Virus record (IMG/VR): IMGVR_UViG_3300030107_002709
Coordinates: 32,001 to 96,000 of that record
Reading direction: 5' to 3' (one strand)
Length of the DNA stretch: 64,000 nt
Source of the DNA: a virus
Under the pieces are notes generated by a model. That model saw nothing but the letters and a program-made list of their open reading frames with translations. It had not been told where the DNA came from and made no database searches. Positions 48,401-60,800 of the stretch are shown here, piece after piece. A program made the position numbers and the translations under genes. The first letter of the stretch is position 1. Each line of letters starts with the position of its first letter.

Positions 48401-51400
48401 GTTGCAATGTAAATGGAGTTCTTTAATGGGTTATCAAGAACAGCAGTTAGTCTCATTTGTCCAGTAACACCAGCCAATCTCATTGGGTTAGCACCTGTAC
48501 TTGACTTGATTCTAAATCTGTTATTATCGATTCTATCAATGTACCATGTACCACTAGCAGTATTAGTTCTATTACCATACCAGTCATAGTAGTAATGAAC
48601 TTCACCCCCAGCTGGGAATGACATTGTAGTGGATTGGTTATTTGTGAATCCGTGGTTTGCATAGTAGAAACTATCATTGGTTGATGTGTTTCTCTTAATG
48701 TGCATCCAGAACATATTGGTTCCACCATCTTCACCAATACCTCTAAAGTAATGGTTCAGTGTGCTGTAACGATATGCTTGAACGTACCACCAATAGTACC
48801 CATTACCACGTAATCTCATGTACTGTCCACCAGACCATCCTTCAGTATAGAAGCTTGATGTCCAGTAACTCTTACTACCACCATTTCCATAGTGACCACC
48901 AATGGTATAACCATAACTAGTTCCACCATTGTTATGGGTATTAACACCATAGTTGTAATCGTCAGTAATGAAGTCGTAACCACCTTGCCAACGCTCACTG
49001 CTACTCAATGGTAGACCTTGTAGGTGATATCCGTAGGTTCTCCAATAAGTACCGAAAGAATATCTCCATGCATAGTTCCAATAGTACCACTGTGAACCAT
49101 ATCCACCACGCTCTGGCCTGTTAGTAGAGAAGAACGCTGTCATCTCATAATTCTGACCACCTAGTCCATAACTACCATCAATTGTCTGGAAGTCATGTCC
49201 TGAATAGGTTCCACCCCAGTTCCAATAGTAAGTATAGTAACGTGTATTCCACTGTGCATAACTCTTATATTCTCTGTAACAGCAATAGCATAATCCAAGC
49301 TTGTGCTTACCATATGACCAGTTACCATCCCATGTTCCACTATAAGAATTACTTAAGTCAACACGACCATAGTTTAATCTCTGAGAATGATGTAATGCTA
49401 TGGTTGTATCATTAATTCTCTCGATGAAGTATACCTGCATCCTACGGGTAGAACCGAGTGGACGTGCACCTGGGGGTGGATAATAAAGCATCGCATATCC
49501 GTTTGAGAGTCTATGGTTGCTATCAAATGTAATCGTATCATTTGCATAATCTACTTGTGACTCATCAAATGCTAGAGTATATGTTGACTCATAGTTGTAT
49601 GGATTTATCTGTGTAGAATCTACATCTCTATTAACTGTAGCTTGTTGAACAGTATCAACGTATGGTTGACCATCAGGAGCAGTAGCAGTAGGATCCTGAA
49701 CCTCAAGTATCTTAGGAGATACAGTGTTAATGAAGTAGAAGTTTGTGTTATCAGCAAATCCGTGCTCAGAAACTGTGGTTAGATAAACCTTAGAGTTTGT
49801 TGTAGGAGCAAGCATTGCTATTCCAGAATTAACTCCAGCAATAACAGCACCAGTTGCTGTACCACCACTGTGTACGTGAACAGAAGTATCTGTAACAGGA
49901 CCTTGACCACCGTTAACATTAACTGTAATTGTTGTTGCAGTTACAGACTCAATCATTACTGACTGGTTGTAAACATAGTCAGCACCATTAGCGGTAGCAG
50001 CACCAGAAGCACGAGGATATGACTTAACAGTTGAGTTTCCGTCTCCGTTATAATCACAAGTTAATTTAATAGATTCAGTCTTAAACTTAATATACTGACC
50101 AACTAGTAAACTATGTGCACCAATGGTACAAACCATCTCACCTGAGATTGGGTTATATGATACGTCAGTAACATCAATGTTTGATATAGATGAACCTGCG
50201 TTACCAGACATATTAGCGTGGTTAGCACAGTAGTAATAAAGGTTCTCAGGAGTAGAGTTGTTAACGTAGATTCTTGTATATGCACCAGCTTGTCCAGGAG
50301 TTCCATGCTCATAAACATATGTGGTATAAGCAGAACCACCACCGTGAGTACCATCAGCAGTTGTGGAGAATCTTAGTTGGTGTGATGCTACAGTAACATC
50401 GGACAAGTCAAAAGTATAGATACCCTTTCTTGTCATTGGAATAGCTGGATATAATTCACCAACCCCATCACCTGTAATATCAATAAGATATTTGTTACCC
50501 TCTGCATTAACTCCACTACTTGCAATTTCAAGTGTTGCTGTGGAATCAATACCAGTACCAATAATTAATTCTGCATCTTGGAATACACCAGTAACATTAC
50601 CAAGGAAGAAATCATTTCCTTCTCTACGAAGAATAGTACCACTAGCAGATCCTGTTTGACCTGTAACTACAGTACCAACAATCCATTCAGATGGAGGAGC
50701 AGTTGTAACTGTTAGTTTCGTGATTGCCTGAACAGTAACCTTGTAGTTGTAAAGGTCAGACACAATACCAATTGATTGGTCTAGACTGATCTGAGAACCT
50801 TGGAAGAACTTACCTGGAATAATAGAAGTATAAACACCCTCTAGTTGTCTAGTTGCTGGTTGAGCTGATCTTGCCTTGTAGGTAAAGGTTGTAGATGTAG
50901 GTACAGCCTGAATAATATATGTACCTTCTGCAGTAACAGATGCAAGACCTGTAACTGTGATAGGAACACCACTCGTGAGGTTGTGATCGAAACTTGTGGT
51001 AACTGTAATAAGCTCGTTACCTTTAACAGCCGCTACTGAAGATATAAAGGGGATTGTAGTATCTGAAGTAGATGCGAAGAACGATGGAATATTATTAATA
51101 GTCTGAATCGTTTCCCACTTAGAAGCTTGTGGTCCGTACTCAAAGTCGGTGTCAACCAAGTTTTCTGGATTTGATACTCTTAACTTTGATACAGCATCAA
51201 CAAATGTCTCAGACGGTTCAAACTTAACAGAATCTTCTTCCTCAAGAATTTGAAGTGTGTCTGTATCAGACATTCCTGTTGTATCATACAGCAATGTTAT
51301 TGTTGTATGATCGGATGCTGAGTCATAGCTAAACGTACCAGTTTTGGTAGTGTCAGCAAAGTTATAGATAATTTGGTTATCCGTTGTGTTAGTTATCAAC

Positions 51401-51489
51401 AACATTCTTCGCTGGTGCTTATTACCATGCAAAGTAACTGTTCTTGCTGATGCGTCAAACTGATAATCAAAGAGCAAGGTTTTTGCCAT
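45409..51489 (-). CDS. large multidomain virion structural/fibre protein (2026 aa)
   Basis: KLRVS-PE-L-DTDFEYG and RQTRKYFRYQSGKG blocks that I recognise from cyanophage structural proteins; repeated H-(L/F)-x-x-G beta modules; cupredoxin-like motif; late-gene context. Confidence 0.8.
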   Translation of the reverse strand: MAKTLLFDYQFDASARTVTLHGNKHQRRMLLITNTTDNQIIYNFADTTKTGTFSYDSASDHTTITLLYDTTGMSDTDTLQILEEEDSVKFEPSETFVDAVSKLRVSNPENLVDTDFEYGPQASKWETIQTINNIPSFFASTSDTTIPFISSVAAVKGNELITVTTSFDHNLTSGVPITVTGLASVTAEGTYIIQAVPTSTTFTYKARSAQPATRQLEGVYTSIIPGKFFQGSQISLDQSIGIVSDLYNYKVTVQAITKLTVTTAPPSEWIVGTVVTGQTGSASGTILRREGNDFFLGNVTGVFQDAELIIGTGIDSTATLEIASSGVNAEGNKYLIDITGDGVGELYPAIPMTRKGIYTFDLSDVTVASHQLRFSTTADGTHGGGSAYTTYVYEHGTPGQAGAYTRIYVNNSTPENLYYYCANHANMSGNAGSSISNIDVTDVSYNPISGEMVCTIGAHSLLVGQYIKFKTESIKLTCDYNGDGNSTVKSYPRASGAATANGADYVYNQSVMIESVTATTITVNVNGGQGPVTDTSVHVHSGGTATGAVIAGVNSGIAMLAPTTNSKVYLTTVSEHGFADNTNFYFINTVSPKILEVQDPTATAPDGQPYVDTVQQATVNRDVDSTQINPYNYESTYTLAFDESQVDYANDTITFDSNHRLSNGYAMLYYPPPGARPLGSTRRMQVYFIERINDTTIALHHSQRLNYGRVDLSNSYSGTWDGNWSYGKHKLGLCYCCYREYKSYAQWNTRYYTYYWNWGGTYSGHDFQTIDGSYGLGGQNYEMTAFFSTNRPERGGYGSQWYYWNYAWRYSFGTYWRTYGYHLQGLPLSSSERWQGGYDFITDDYNYGVNTHNNGGTSYGYTIGGHYGNGGSKSYWTSSFYTEGWSGGQYMRLRGNGYYWWYVQAYRYSTLNHYFRGIGEDGGTNMFWMHIKRNTSTNDSFYYANHGFTNNQSTTMSFPAGGEVHYYYDWYGNRTNTASGTWYIDRIDNNRFRIKSSTGANPMRLAGVTGQMRLTAVLDNPLKNSIYIATNQFSNGEVVKYTGASGAIGGLTSGNSYYIKTISGDRFVLANSVGGSTINFSTTGSGIQEFENTTADFGVVDGSYTTVKAISEKELEVSIPFKVPPSIKQFDGSGADVDTTDNWININNHYYATGTRVIYDANGNSAISGLTDNKDYYVVVIDNAHFKLCESLADALAGTNIVDITGTSSGFHQLISAALSGEVGGTGTVAVTAGSRRVTGTNAAFQRFFKIGDTIKIVNTTGGSPGVIEGHMITAITDDDNLIVDSAWTFTQSGTNYMIPSYIYVRPDGFYLHRPFDGGMEIGTSKSPNSRISRQTRKYFRYQSGKGIQTSLAINFTPQIPIVNLTFAESGSIQTQSCSGTIDSTFLTVADTSVLVTNMPVTGTGIGGDTRINKIIDGTTVDLDAPLTATISGETITFDPVLTAECTTSKPHQLSPKLSIKIIQCDTPEFNVTTDVLAVNTEFKFTYLLNKVPSQTVGAGFPTLAVLSWSDCMVRAGMFDDQNGFFYEMDGQTINCCRRSSVQQIPGTVSVTKGSQIVTGTDTKFTSQLLVKDMVVIRGMSYKVVKVSNNTQITIQPSYRGTSNEDVIMTKTVDTKVARADWNIDTGDGLGKSAYILDTSKIQMCYMDYSWYGAGKIRFGFKDQHGHVKYFHEFKHNNLLTESYFRSGNLPARYEIENGDEPNYVGTLFHWGTSVIMDGTFQDDEAYLFTASGITHKYTNSSANAAQSNNNSNIVEERVNWYYRRYFIRIPFDNGSYGSILTINTNIYESSVANGYFVDGRVIDTRSYQSGSTYYVYIKYVEGTSDYFPRNYYSQINSNLGNPAVPNSTTFSVGAPSGNENLIPTDMPLISIRLAPSVDSSITGALGEREIINRMQLKLDSVGILTTHETEISLRLNPSLSTDTFENVENPSLCQLVRHSSTDTLASGSTILSFRASGAGSGQTASTNFDLSKISALGNSILGGDGIYPNGPDLLTVVGNIVDSSGVSLNNPYSISARITWQESQA

Positions 51490-51580
51490 TTTCTTTTAAT
51501 CCCCTTTAAATGTTTATGAGTGGTTATTTCAATTCAGTGCAGATCATTTTATATGAAATCTAATGTTGATGGTTTTTGGT

Positions 51581-51790
51581 TTACCAACCAAGGGCGGCCA
51601 TCATGCCCATACTTGTTGTTACTTCTGCAGTAACATCGTCTCTTCGAGCAAATTCTATGCCCCCAGGAGTTGCTCCGTCATGGAGAACAAGGGTCATTTT
51701 CGTAGTATCTACGGTCAATTCTCCAAGAGCTCCAGTAAATGTTGACTGTTGTACTGTAGTACCTCGTCTCAACTGTACCTGCTTAGTCAT
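51581..51790 (-). CDS. 69-aa protein consisting of an Mtd-N-like fibre anchor domain
   Basis: VQLRRGTT...FTGA-GELTVDT....L.LHDG.T.GG. Confidence 0.8.
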   Translation of the reverse strand: MTKQVQLRRGTTVQQSTFTGALGELTVDTTKMTLVLHDGATPGGIEFARRDDVTAEVTTSMGMMAALGW

Positions 51791-51817
51791 AGCTATCCCT
51801 CGAATTTATGCTTCTTT

Positions 51818-51825
51818 TATTTATA
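51818..51825 (-). promoter_or_regulatory. T4 late promoter for the 69-aa and 2026-aa genes
   Basis: Exact intergenic TATAAATA. Confidence 0.82.
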
Positions 51826-51841
51826 GAAGTAAAATCTTCAG

Positions 51842-54800
51842 TTATATTATCGTTGCGAACATAAATGGTGGCTCGAATGTTCTGAGCTCATTGAGAGACT
51901 CTCCACTGAGAGTAATTGTTCCCTCCCCAATGTATGCAGATCTGACGAATTTATCATCTGCACTACCACCAATTGTTGTAAGAAGAATGTTTTCGTAGTC
52001 AACAGTAGCAGATTCAACTCCTCCACTGAAGGCGAATAATGTTCCGTAAGGTGCAGTGTATCCGAAGCTACGTTTGATGTTGGTAACTTCACCAGATACA
52101 GTGTATTGTGCAGTATCTTCTGGAGGATTGTGTGTAAGCTTAATATTGGTAACTGCTCCACCAATATCACTGAAGGAACCAGATCCGACATATCCCTTAC
52201 GTACAAAGGCTTCTGCACCATGACCAAAGATATCATATAGAGTTGTATCTTCGTAATCAACAGTTGCAGATTCAGCAGCTCCAGATGCAGTGAATAGAGA
52301 TCCAGATCCAACATGTGATCTTGCACGTGCATCATCAGAATCACCACTAATGGTTGCAGTACCAGATCCATGATAATGATCTGTCTGTCTCTCATCAAGA
52401 TTACCAGCAACATATATTGAACCAGAACCAATATTGTTAGGTGTGAATATAGTTCTAGCTTCACCACTGAAGGTAACAGTACCAGATCCAGAAAGAATAA
52501 CTGTTCTTGCTTCAGAACCATTACCTGCAACTGTGTAAAGTAGAGTATCTTCTGGAGGATTTGTGGTAATTGATTCTGCGGAACCACTTGCTGTGAATAG
52601 GGATCCAGATCCAGTCCAATGTTTCGTAATCTGAATATCTGTAACCTGACCAGATATTGTTGCTGTACCAGAACCAATCCAACTTGGGATCCATCTGATA
52701 GATGCTTCTCCAGTGAAGGTAGCAGTACCAGTACCGATTTCTGGAGCTGGTGTAAAGCTTTCTGCTTTCGTACCAGAAATGGTAATAGAACCAGATCCGA
52801 TAAATGGTCTTGTTCTGGATGGTGCACCATCGCCACTGATTGTAAATATTCCAGTGCTGATCTCGCTTGTGGAGATAGATTCTGCTGCACCAAGAGCTGT
52901 AAATAGAGATCCAGATCCTGTCTCTGCAAATGTTCTCTGAACATCGGAGACTGCACCAGATACAGTTGCAGATCCAGAACCAACCCAGTTCTCTGTATGC
53001 TTCTCTGTACCAGCACCTGTCCAAGTATAGAGAACTGTATTCTCTGGAGGATTTGTAGTTGTAGATTCTGCAGAACCACCAGCAGTAAATAGTGATCCAG
53101 ATCCAACCCAATCGTCTGTCTGACTTTCGAGTGCTGATCCAGATATAGTAATAGAACCAGATCCAGACTCTGCAAATGTTCTTTGAATATCCGAAACTGC
53201 ACCAGAGAATGTTGTGGATCCAGAACCGACCCATCTCTCTGTATGTTTCTCGATACCAGCACCAACATATGTGTATAGTACTGTGCTTTCTGGAGGATTT
53301 GTTCCGATAGATTCGGATGCTCCACTTGCTGTCCAAAGAGATCCAGAACCAACTTCTGATACTGTACTTCTTTGTGATCCAGAACCACTGATTTCGTATA
53401 GACCAATACCATCGATATTTGCAGAGAAACTTTCTGCAGCACCACCAACTGAGAAGAGTGAACCAGATGCAGTCCAGTGCTTCGTGATAAGTGGTTCTGG
53501 GATTTCTCCAGATGTGAAGTAAGAACCTTGACCAACCCAAGAAGGTGACCATTGATTCTCACTAATACCAGACCAAACAAATAGTGCAATATCCTCTGGA
53601 GGATTAGTACCAACTGCCTCTGCTGCACCACCAGCAGTAAAGACATTACCAGAACCAGTGAGGATGTAACGAACCTTGAATGTACATGCACCACCAACTG
53701 TGTAAGTACCACTACCAGTGATATGTGGAATGTAACGGGTACTAGCAGTTCCTGATAGAGTAACAGATCCAGATCCAATCTCTCGGTATACTGCTTTCTC
53801 AATTCTAGTACCACCAATCTGATGAAGAGAAGTACTCTCAGGTGGATTTGTTGTAACAGATTCAGCAGCACCAGAACCAGTAAATAATGTACCAGAACCA
53901 AAGTACCTAACACGGTAGATGAGATCTGCTTCACCAGTGATAGTTGCAGTACCAGATCCTTCAAATGCACCAGTGTAATTCTCAGAACCAGCACCAGATA
54001 GAGTGATAGATCCAGATCCAACTTCTGTTGCTGGAGTAAAGCTTTCTGCCTTAGTACCACCAACTGCGAATAGTGCAGTATCTTCTGGAGGATTGGTGGT
54101 TGTAGATTCAGCAGCACCACTAGATGTGTATAGTGAACCAGCACCAATATGTCTGAGAGAGAAGGTGTAATGTGTAGAACCAACAATAGTGAAGAGATAT
54201 GTTGACTCATAATCAACAGTTGCACTCTCTGCGGCTCCACTAGTAGTAAAGAGACTACCAGATCCAATCTCAGGTGCTGGAGTAAAGCTTTCTGCCTTAG
54301 TACCAGATATAGTAATAGAACCAGATCCAATGTAAGGTGCTTTAGCAATGCTAACATTAGCTTCACCAGATACAGTTGCAGATCCAGAACCAATATATCT
54401 CTCTGTATGTTTCTCAATACCAGAACCACTGTAAGTCCAAAGACCAATTCCACCTTCAAGAACAGCAACCATTTCAACTGCTCCACCAGCAGTGAATAGT
54501 GAACCAGAACCATCAAAGTTAGCAAAGGACTTACTCTCTGCACCTGTACCAGATAAGGTAACAGTACCAGAACCAATCTCAGCATCTGTCTGCCTTTCAA
54601 CTGCAGCACCAGATAGAGTGATAGATCCAGATCCAGACTCAGCAAATGTCTGACGTTCTGATATTCTAGTACCAGCAACTGTGTAGAGTAATGTATCCTC
54701 TGGTGGGTTAGTTGTGGTAGACTCAGCTGCACCTCCAGCACTGAATAGAGATCCAGACTGTACAAATCCGTGACCCCAAGTGAATGCATATGTGTTACCA

Positions 54801-57800
54801 ACAAACTGAGGTGCAGTGTAAATGTATGCAGTACCTTCACCAGTTAGAGCTGTTGTAGGTCTTTCTATTCCTTCACCAGAAACTAGATATGTACCACCCT
54901 CACATCCTTCTCTCCAGACGAATGGAGTATTTGCAACACCACCAATTGTGTAAGTACCAGATGCAGCGAGACCAGGATGTGCAAGTGTGTTGTTGGAACC
55001 GTAGTCTTCTTCACCACCCCATTTAACACCAAGGTCACCGTAATCAGCAAATACTGTTGTAGCATCAACGATGTTACCTTCGTCATCAACAACAAGTACA
55101 GATGGTAATGTATCGCTATAATGCCATGTTCTAGATTCAGCAGCACCACCAAGAGAATTGATGTTACCAGATCCATAGTACTGCCAACTAAAGCTGTAGG
55201 TGTTACCAATAAACTGAGGTGCAGTGAAGATATCATATAGAGTTGTATCTTCGTAATCGTATGCAACAACCTCTGCTGCACCACCAGTAGCAAATAGTGA
55301 TCCAGAAGCAATGTGTCCAAATGTTCTAGCAACACCAACGGTATCACTTATTAGACCAAGATGATAAGTTCCAGAAGCAGATACAGTATCACTAGATCTC
55401 CATAGTTGACTTCCTAGACCAATCCAAATAGATCCATAATCATATTCACCACCATCTTGAGGTGGATGAACTGTACCTTGATCATCAAACGTAGTAGCAC
55501 TATCTGTTATTGAACCATTATCATCCTGATATGTTATAGCGGTGAGATTGATATCATAGTTGTAAGTTCTAGACTCAGCACCACCAACAACAGTAAAGAT
55601 AGAACCAGTTCCAACCTCACTGAATGTCCTTGCAATAGAATGAGTACCACTTAGATCACCAAGTGATGTGTCCTCTCCAAATTCTGTCGTGGTAAAGGAT
55701 TCTGCAGCACCAAGAGCAGTGAATAATGAACCTTCACCAAAGTGTGCATATGCTGGTTTGTAGATCTCGAATACTTCACCACCGAAGGTAAGAGTTCCAT
55801 TTGCAGCAGCACCATTAGTAGCACCCAACCATACCTGACCATGATCCTCGGTGTCGTCACCAACATATCCAAAGTCACCATGATCATCAATTGTTGTAAC
55901 AGTATCAGATATGAAACCATTATCCTCAGTACTAAATGCCTGACTTGCAGATTCGTTATAAGCATATGCTCTAGCTTCAACACATCCACCAACACTGAAT
56001 AATCCACCTGTACCTGGAGGTGCATTCCATACAAAGCTGTATGTGTTACCAATAAACTGTGGAGCAGTAAAGATATCATATAGACAGGTATCATTCTCAG
56101 GTGAGTATGTTGAAGATTCAGCAGCTCCAGATGCAGTGAATAGTGATCCAGAACCAGTAAAGTTACCAAAGGTGAATGCAGTAGATACAGAACCATCAAC
56201 AACGTAAGTACCTGTTACTGGTATTGCATCAGCACTGTAAAGTACAGATCCGTAATCATATTCACCACCAGACTGAATAGTATCAACACTACCCTGATCA
56301 TCTGACGTTACTACACTGTCTACTACTAGACCATGATCAGTTGATGTGAATACAACGATAGCATTCTGATCATAATCATATGTCCTACACTCGGCAGCAC
56401 CACCAGCTCTGAATATTGATCCAGATCCAATCTCAACAACAGTACTTGATTGTGAACCAGCACCGCCAAGATCTCCAAGTGATGTATCCTCACCAAACTC
56501 AGTAGTAGATACACATTCACCAGCACCACCTGTAGAGAATAGAGATCCAACACCAGTGTATAGACCCTTACTAAATGACTGAGTAACAGCACCACTATAT
56601 GTGTAAGTACCAGCAGTAGCATCAACTGCCTGACTGTAGATTATAGATTCGTAATCTTCTTCACCATCACTGGTAGGATCAGATACAGATCCATAATTAA
56701 TAACATCATTAATTGGATGTGTTGCATCAGTTACTAATCCATAATCAGCACTAGAGAAGGATACACTAGCAGAGTCATTGTAATCATAAGTTCTAGCTTC
56801 TACACATCCACCAATACCAAATAATCCACCCTCAACAAACGGTGCGTTCCAACAGAACCTATAGGTGTTACCAATAAACTGAGGTGCAGTAAAGATATCG
56901 TATAGTACAGTATCCTCAGTAGGTTGATAAACAGCAGACTCAGAAGCACCACCAATAGTAAAGATAGAACCACTACCTTCATGTGCGTAAGATGGTTCAT
57001 ACTTAATATCACCAGATTCTTCTTGTGTCTTCTCATCCCCTACTTGTGGGAACGTACCATATGGTTCAGTTAGATAATCTGGGTTGAGTGCATCAATTTC
57101 TTCCTGAGTCCATCTTGCTCTTGTTAGACTTAGAGTATATGTTCCAGAGTTGGATACAACATCAGATGTGTAAATTACAAATCCGTAATCTTCTGTATCT
57201 TCATCGAATAATCCAAAGTCACCATAACTTATTACATCATTAGTTGGATGTGTTAGATCTGTTACTGCACCCCAATCAATAGTACTGAATGGAATAACTG
57301 GACCAGGAGCATAGTTCCATGTAACACACTCAGCAGCATCAACTATACTGAATAATCCACCTGTACCTGGAGGTGCATTCCATACGAAGCTATAGGTGTT
57401 ACCAATGTATGCAGGTGCTGTAAAGATATCAAAGAGACCTGTTGACTCCCAATCAACAGTTGCAGATTCAGCAGAACCACCAGCAGTGAATAGGGATCCA
57501 GAATCTGATACAAAGTTCCAGCAGAAGCTGTAAGTATTGTTAATAAACTGAGGTGCAGTAGTGAGAGTTACTAATCCAGTTACAGGATATACAGTCTCAG
57601 TGTAAATTATTGAACCGTGATCATCCTCACCTTCTTGAATATCAGCAACACCACCCTGATCAATATTGGTAGTAGCAGCATCTGTTATTAATCCATAATC
57701 ATCACTTCCAACTGTGACGATAGAAGATTCGTTATAATCGAATGTTACAGACTCAGCAGCACCAAGAGCAGTAAATAGTGATCCAGATCCAACCCAATCC

Positions 57801-60800
57801 CTAGTTCTAATAGTATTACCAATACCACTTAGATCACCAAGTGATGTGTCTTCACCAAACTCAGTAGAAGTCTTACTCTCTACAGATCCACCAGCACTGA
57901 ATAATGAACCACCAGTAGTAGGATCTCTGAATACAACAGAATCTGCACCAATACCTGATGTCTGAAGTGTTCCTGTTAGAGGATATACTGTAGATGTATG
58001 TACAGTTAAACCATAATCCTCTTCACCTTGTTGGATGTTAAGGTCGCCATACTCACCAAATACTGTTGCATTATCAACGATGTTACCTTCATCATCAACA
58101 GAGAATACATTAATGGAAGACTCGTTGTAATCGAAGGTTACCGATTCAGCAGCACCACCGATGGTAGGTAAGTTATAGTAACCAACATAACTCCATGCAT
58201 ATCTGTAAGTGTTACCGATATATGCAGGTGCAGTAAAGATATCAAATAGTGCAGTATCTTCAGTAGGTTGATAACCAACACACTCAGCAGCACCACCTAT
58301 TGAGTATAGAGAACCTTCACCAATCTGACCCCAGATAGGAATGAATCTAACATCACCAGATTCTTCTTGTGTCTTCTCATCCCCTACCTGTGGGAATGTA
58401 CCATAAGGTTTCGTCTCATAGGTGAGTGGTAATTCATCAATCTCTGCCTGAGTCCATCTTGCTCTTGTTAGACTTAGGTTAAGTGATCCGAATGGAGTAG
58501 CAGTAGATGTGAATATAATCTGTCCCTGATCATACTCTCCACCATACTGAGGTTCTGCTACAGAACCATAGTCATCAACTACAGTTACAGAATCAACTAT
58601 TAATCCATTATCTTCTGTTCCATATGGAATAGTTGATGATTCGTTGTATGCCCATGATATAGATTCTGCAACTCCATTAAGAGTGAACAATCCACCTGTA
58701 CCTGGAGGTGCATTCCATACAAAGCTATAGGTGTTACCAATGTATGCTGGTGCAGTGTAGATATCAAATAGTGTTGTAGCATCACCAAGTTCTGTCGTGC
58801 TAACACATTCACTAGCTCCACCAGCACTGAATAGTGATCCACCTTGTGTAGGATCTCTGAATACAGTAGCACTTGGAGAAGTACCAGATGTCTGGAGTGT
58901 TCCTGTAAGTGGGAGAACTGTGCTAGTCCAGAATACCCAACCATAATCCTCTTCACCACCAGACTGAGGTGCAGTAATATCTGTTCTATTATCAAAGACA
59001 GTAGCAGCATCTGTTATAAGACCACTATCATCAGTAGTGAATACAACGATAGAATTCTCATTGTAATCATATGTTATGGACTCAGCTGCACCACCGATAG
59101 TTGGTACTGACGCATAACCAGTGTAATTCCAGCAGAAGCTATAGGTGTTACCTATACTTGCAGGTGAAGTATAGATATCGAATAGTGTTGTAGAATCTCC
59201 AAGTTCTGTTGTAGATACACATTCTGCAGCACCACCCACAGTTGGTATACTACCACTACCAGCAGGTGCTCTCCATACAAATCTATATGTGTTACCAATC
59301 CATTCAGGTGCAGTGAATATATCAATAGATCCTGTAAGAGGATATACTGTCTCACCATAGATTACTGAACCATAATCATTCTCTGCTTCTTGTGGAAGTG
59401 CTACACTACCATCATCAAAATGATCAGTTAGATAATTTGTAGCATCTGTTACTAATCCTATATCCTCAGTAGTGAAGGTAACAATAGAAGACTCGTTATA
59501 ATCGAATGTTACAGACTCGGCAGCTCCACCGACTCTGGACATAGCACCAGAACCAGATTCACTGAAGGTAGCAGTTGCAACCATGCTACCAGCATAGTAT
59601 CTACCACCAACTATCTGGAATATACCAGTTGTATTTGGTTCTACAGTTACAGATTCAGAAGCACCACCAACTGAGAATAGAGATCCAGAACCAGTTTGAC
59701 CCCAGACAGGAATGAATCGAAGATGACCTGCTTCTTCTTGTGTCTTCTCATCCCCTACCTGTGGGAATGTACCATATGGTTTGGTAGTATATTCTGGATT
59801 AAGTTCATCAATCTGTGCCTGAGTCCACAATTCTCTTGTGAGACTGAAGGTGAATGTTCCCTGTGCAGAATTAGCAGTAGAAGTGTAAGTAACTAAACCA
59901 TAATTCTCTTCACCACCATACTGAACTTCTGTAACGTCACCAAGATCAACATCAGTAGTAGCAGCATCTATTACAAGACCACTATCTTCACTACTAAATG
60001 GTACAACTGTACTATCACTATAATCAAATACAACTTTCTCAACTCCACCACCAATTCTTGATATAGAACCAGATCCAATCTCTCTAAAGATAACATATTC
60101 AGTAGCAGCACCACTAAGATCTCCTAATGAAGTATCTTCACCAAGCTCAGTAGTACTCTTACTCTCTACAGCACCAAGAGCAGTGAATATGGATACAGGA
60201 TCTGCAATGTATCTTCTCTGGAAGGAATAAGTCTCACCAAAGAACTGTAGATTGGTGATGCTATATGATCCAACTAGAGGATATGCAACAGAACTATAAA
60301 GAACAGAACCATAATCATCTTCACCCTCTTGTATATCAGCAACATTACCTTGATCAACTACTACTGCTGCATCTGTTATCAGACCATTATCATCTGTTGA
60401 GTATGGAACGATAGATGATTCATTGTAATCGAAGGTGACTTTTTCAGCTCCACCACCAATTCTGGATATAGCACCAGATCCAATCTCTCTAAATGTTGCT
60501 TGAAGGTTAGTATATGCACCAGACCAAGTAAACAGTGCAATATCTTCAACTGGTTGATATCCAACTGCCTCGGAAGCTCCTCCCATACTGAAGAGGTTAC
60601 CACTCTGTACGAATCCATGACCCCAAGTGAATGAATAGGTATCAAAGTTATGACCTTCGGTATCAGAAAGACCTGGATTAGTTGGATCGAAATAATTCTC
60701 TGGAGTTGAATCATTAATAACTTTAGGATCAGTCCTGATAGTAAGTCCACCCATTGAGGTTGCAACACCCTCATGCCAGATGTACCACCAGTTCTCTGAT

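Noticed and set aside
48560-49340. Diversity-generating retroelement target
   Set aside because: No reverse transcriptase and no template/variable repeat pair in the window
51490-51583. Read-through fusion of the 69-aa and 2026-aa genes
   Set aside because: The 91-nt gap is out of frame and the downstream gene has its own SD-like AAGGGG
52521-53552. 343-aa Trp-rich ORF and other short ORFs nested in the giant gene
   Set aside because: WIW/WFW patterns arise from reading GGA-TCT-GGT repeats out of frame
56001-59776. CRISPR-like reading of the DNA repeats
   Set aside because: Repeats are coding, in frame and ~1.35 kb apart, with no spacer structure or cas genes
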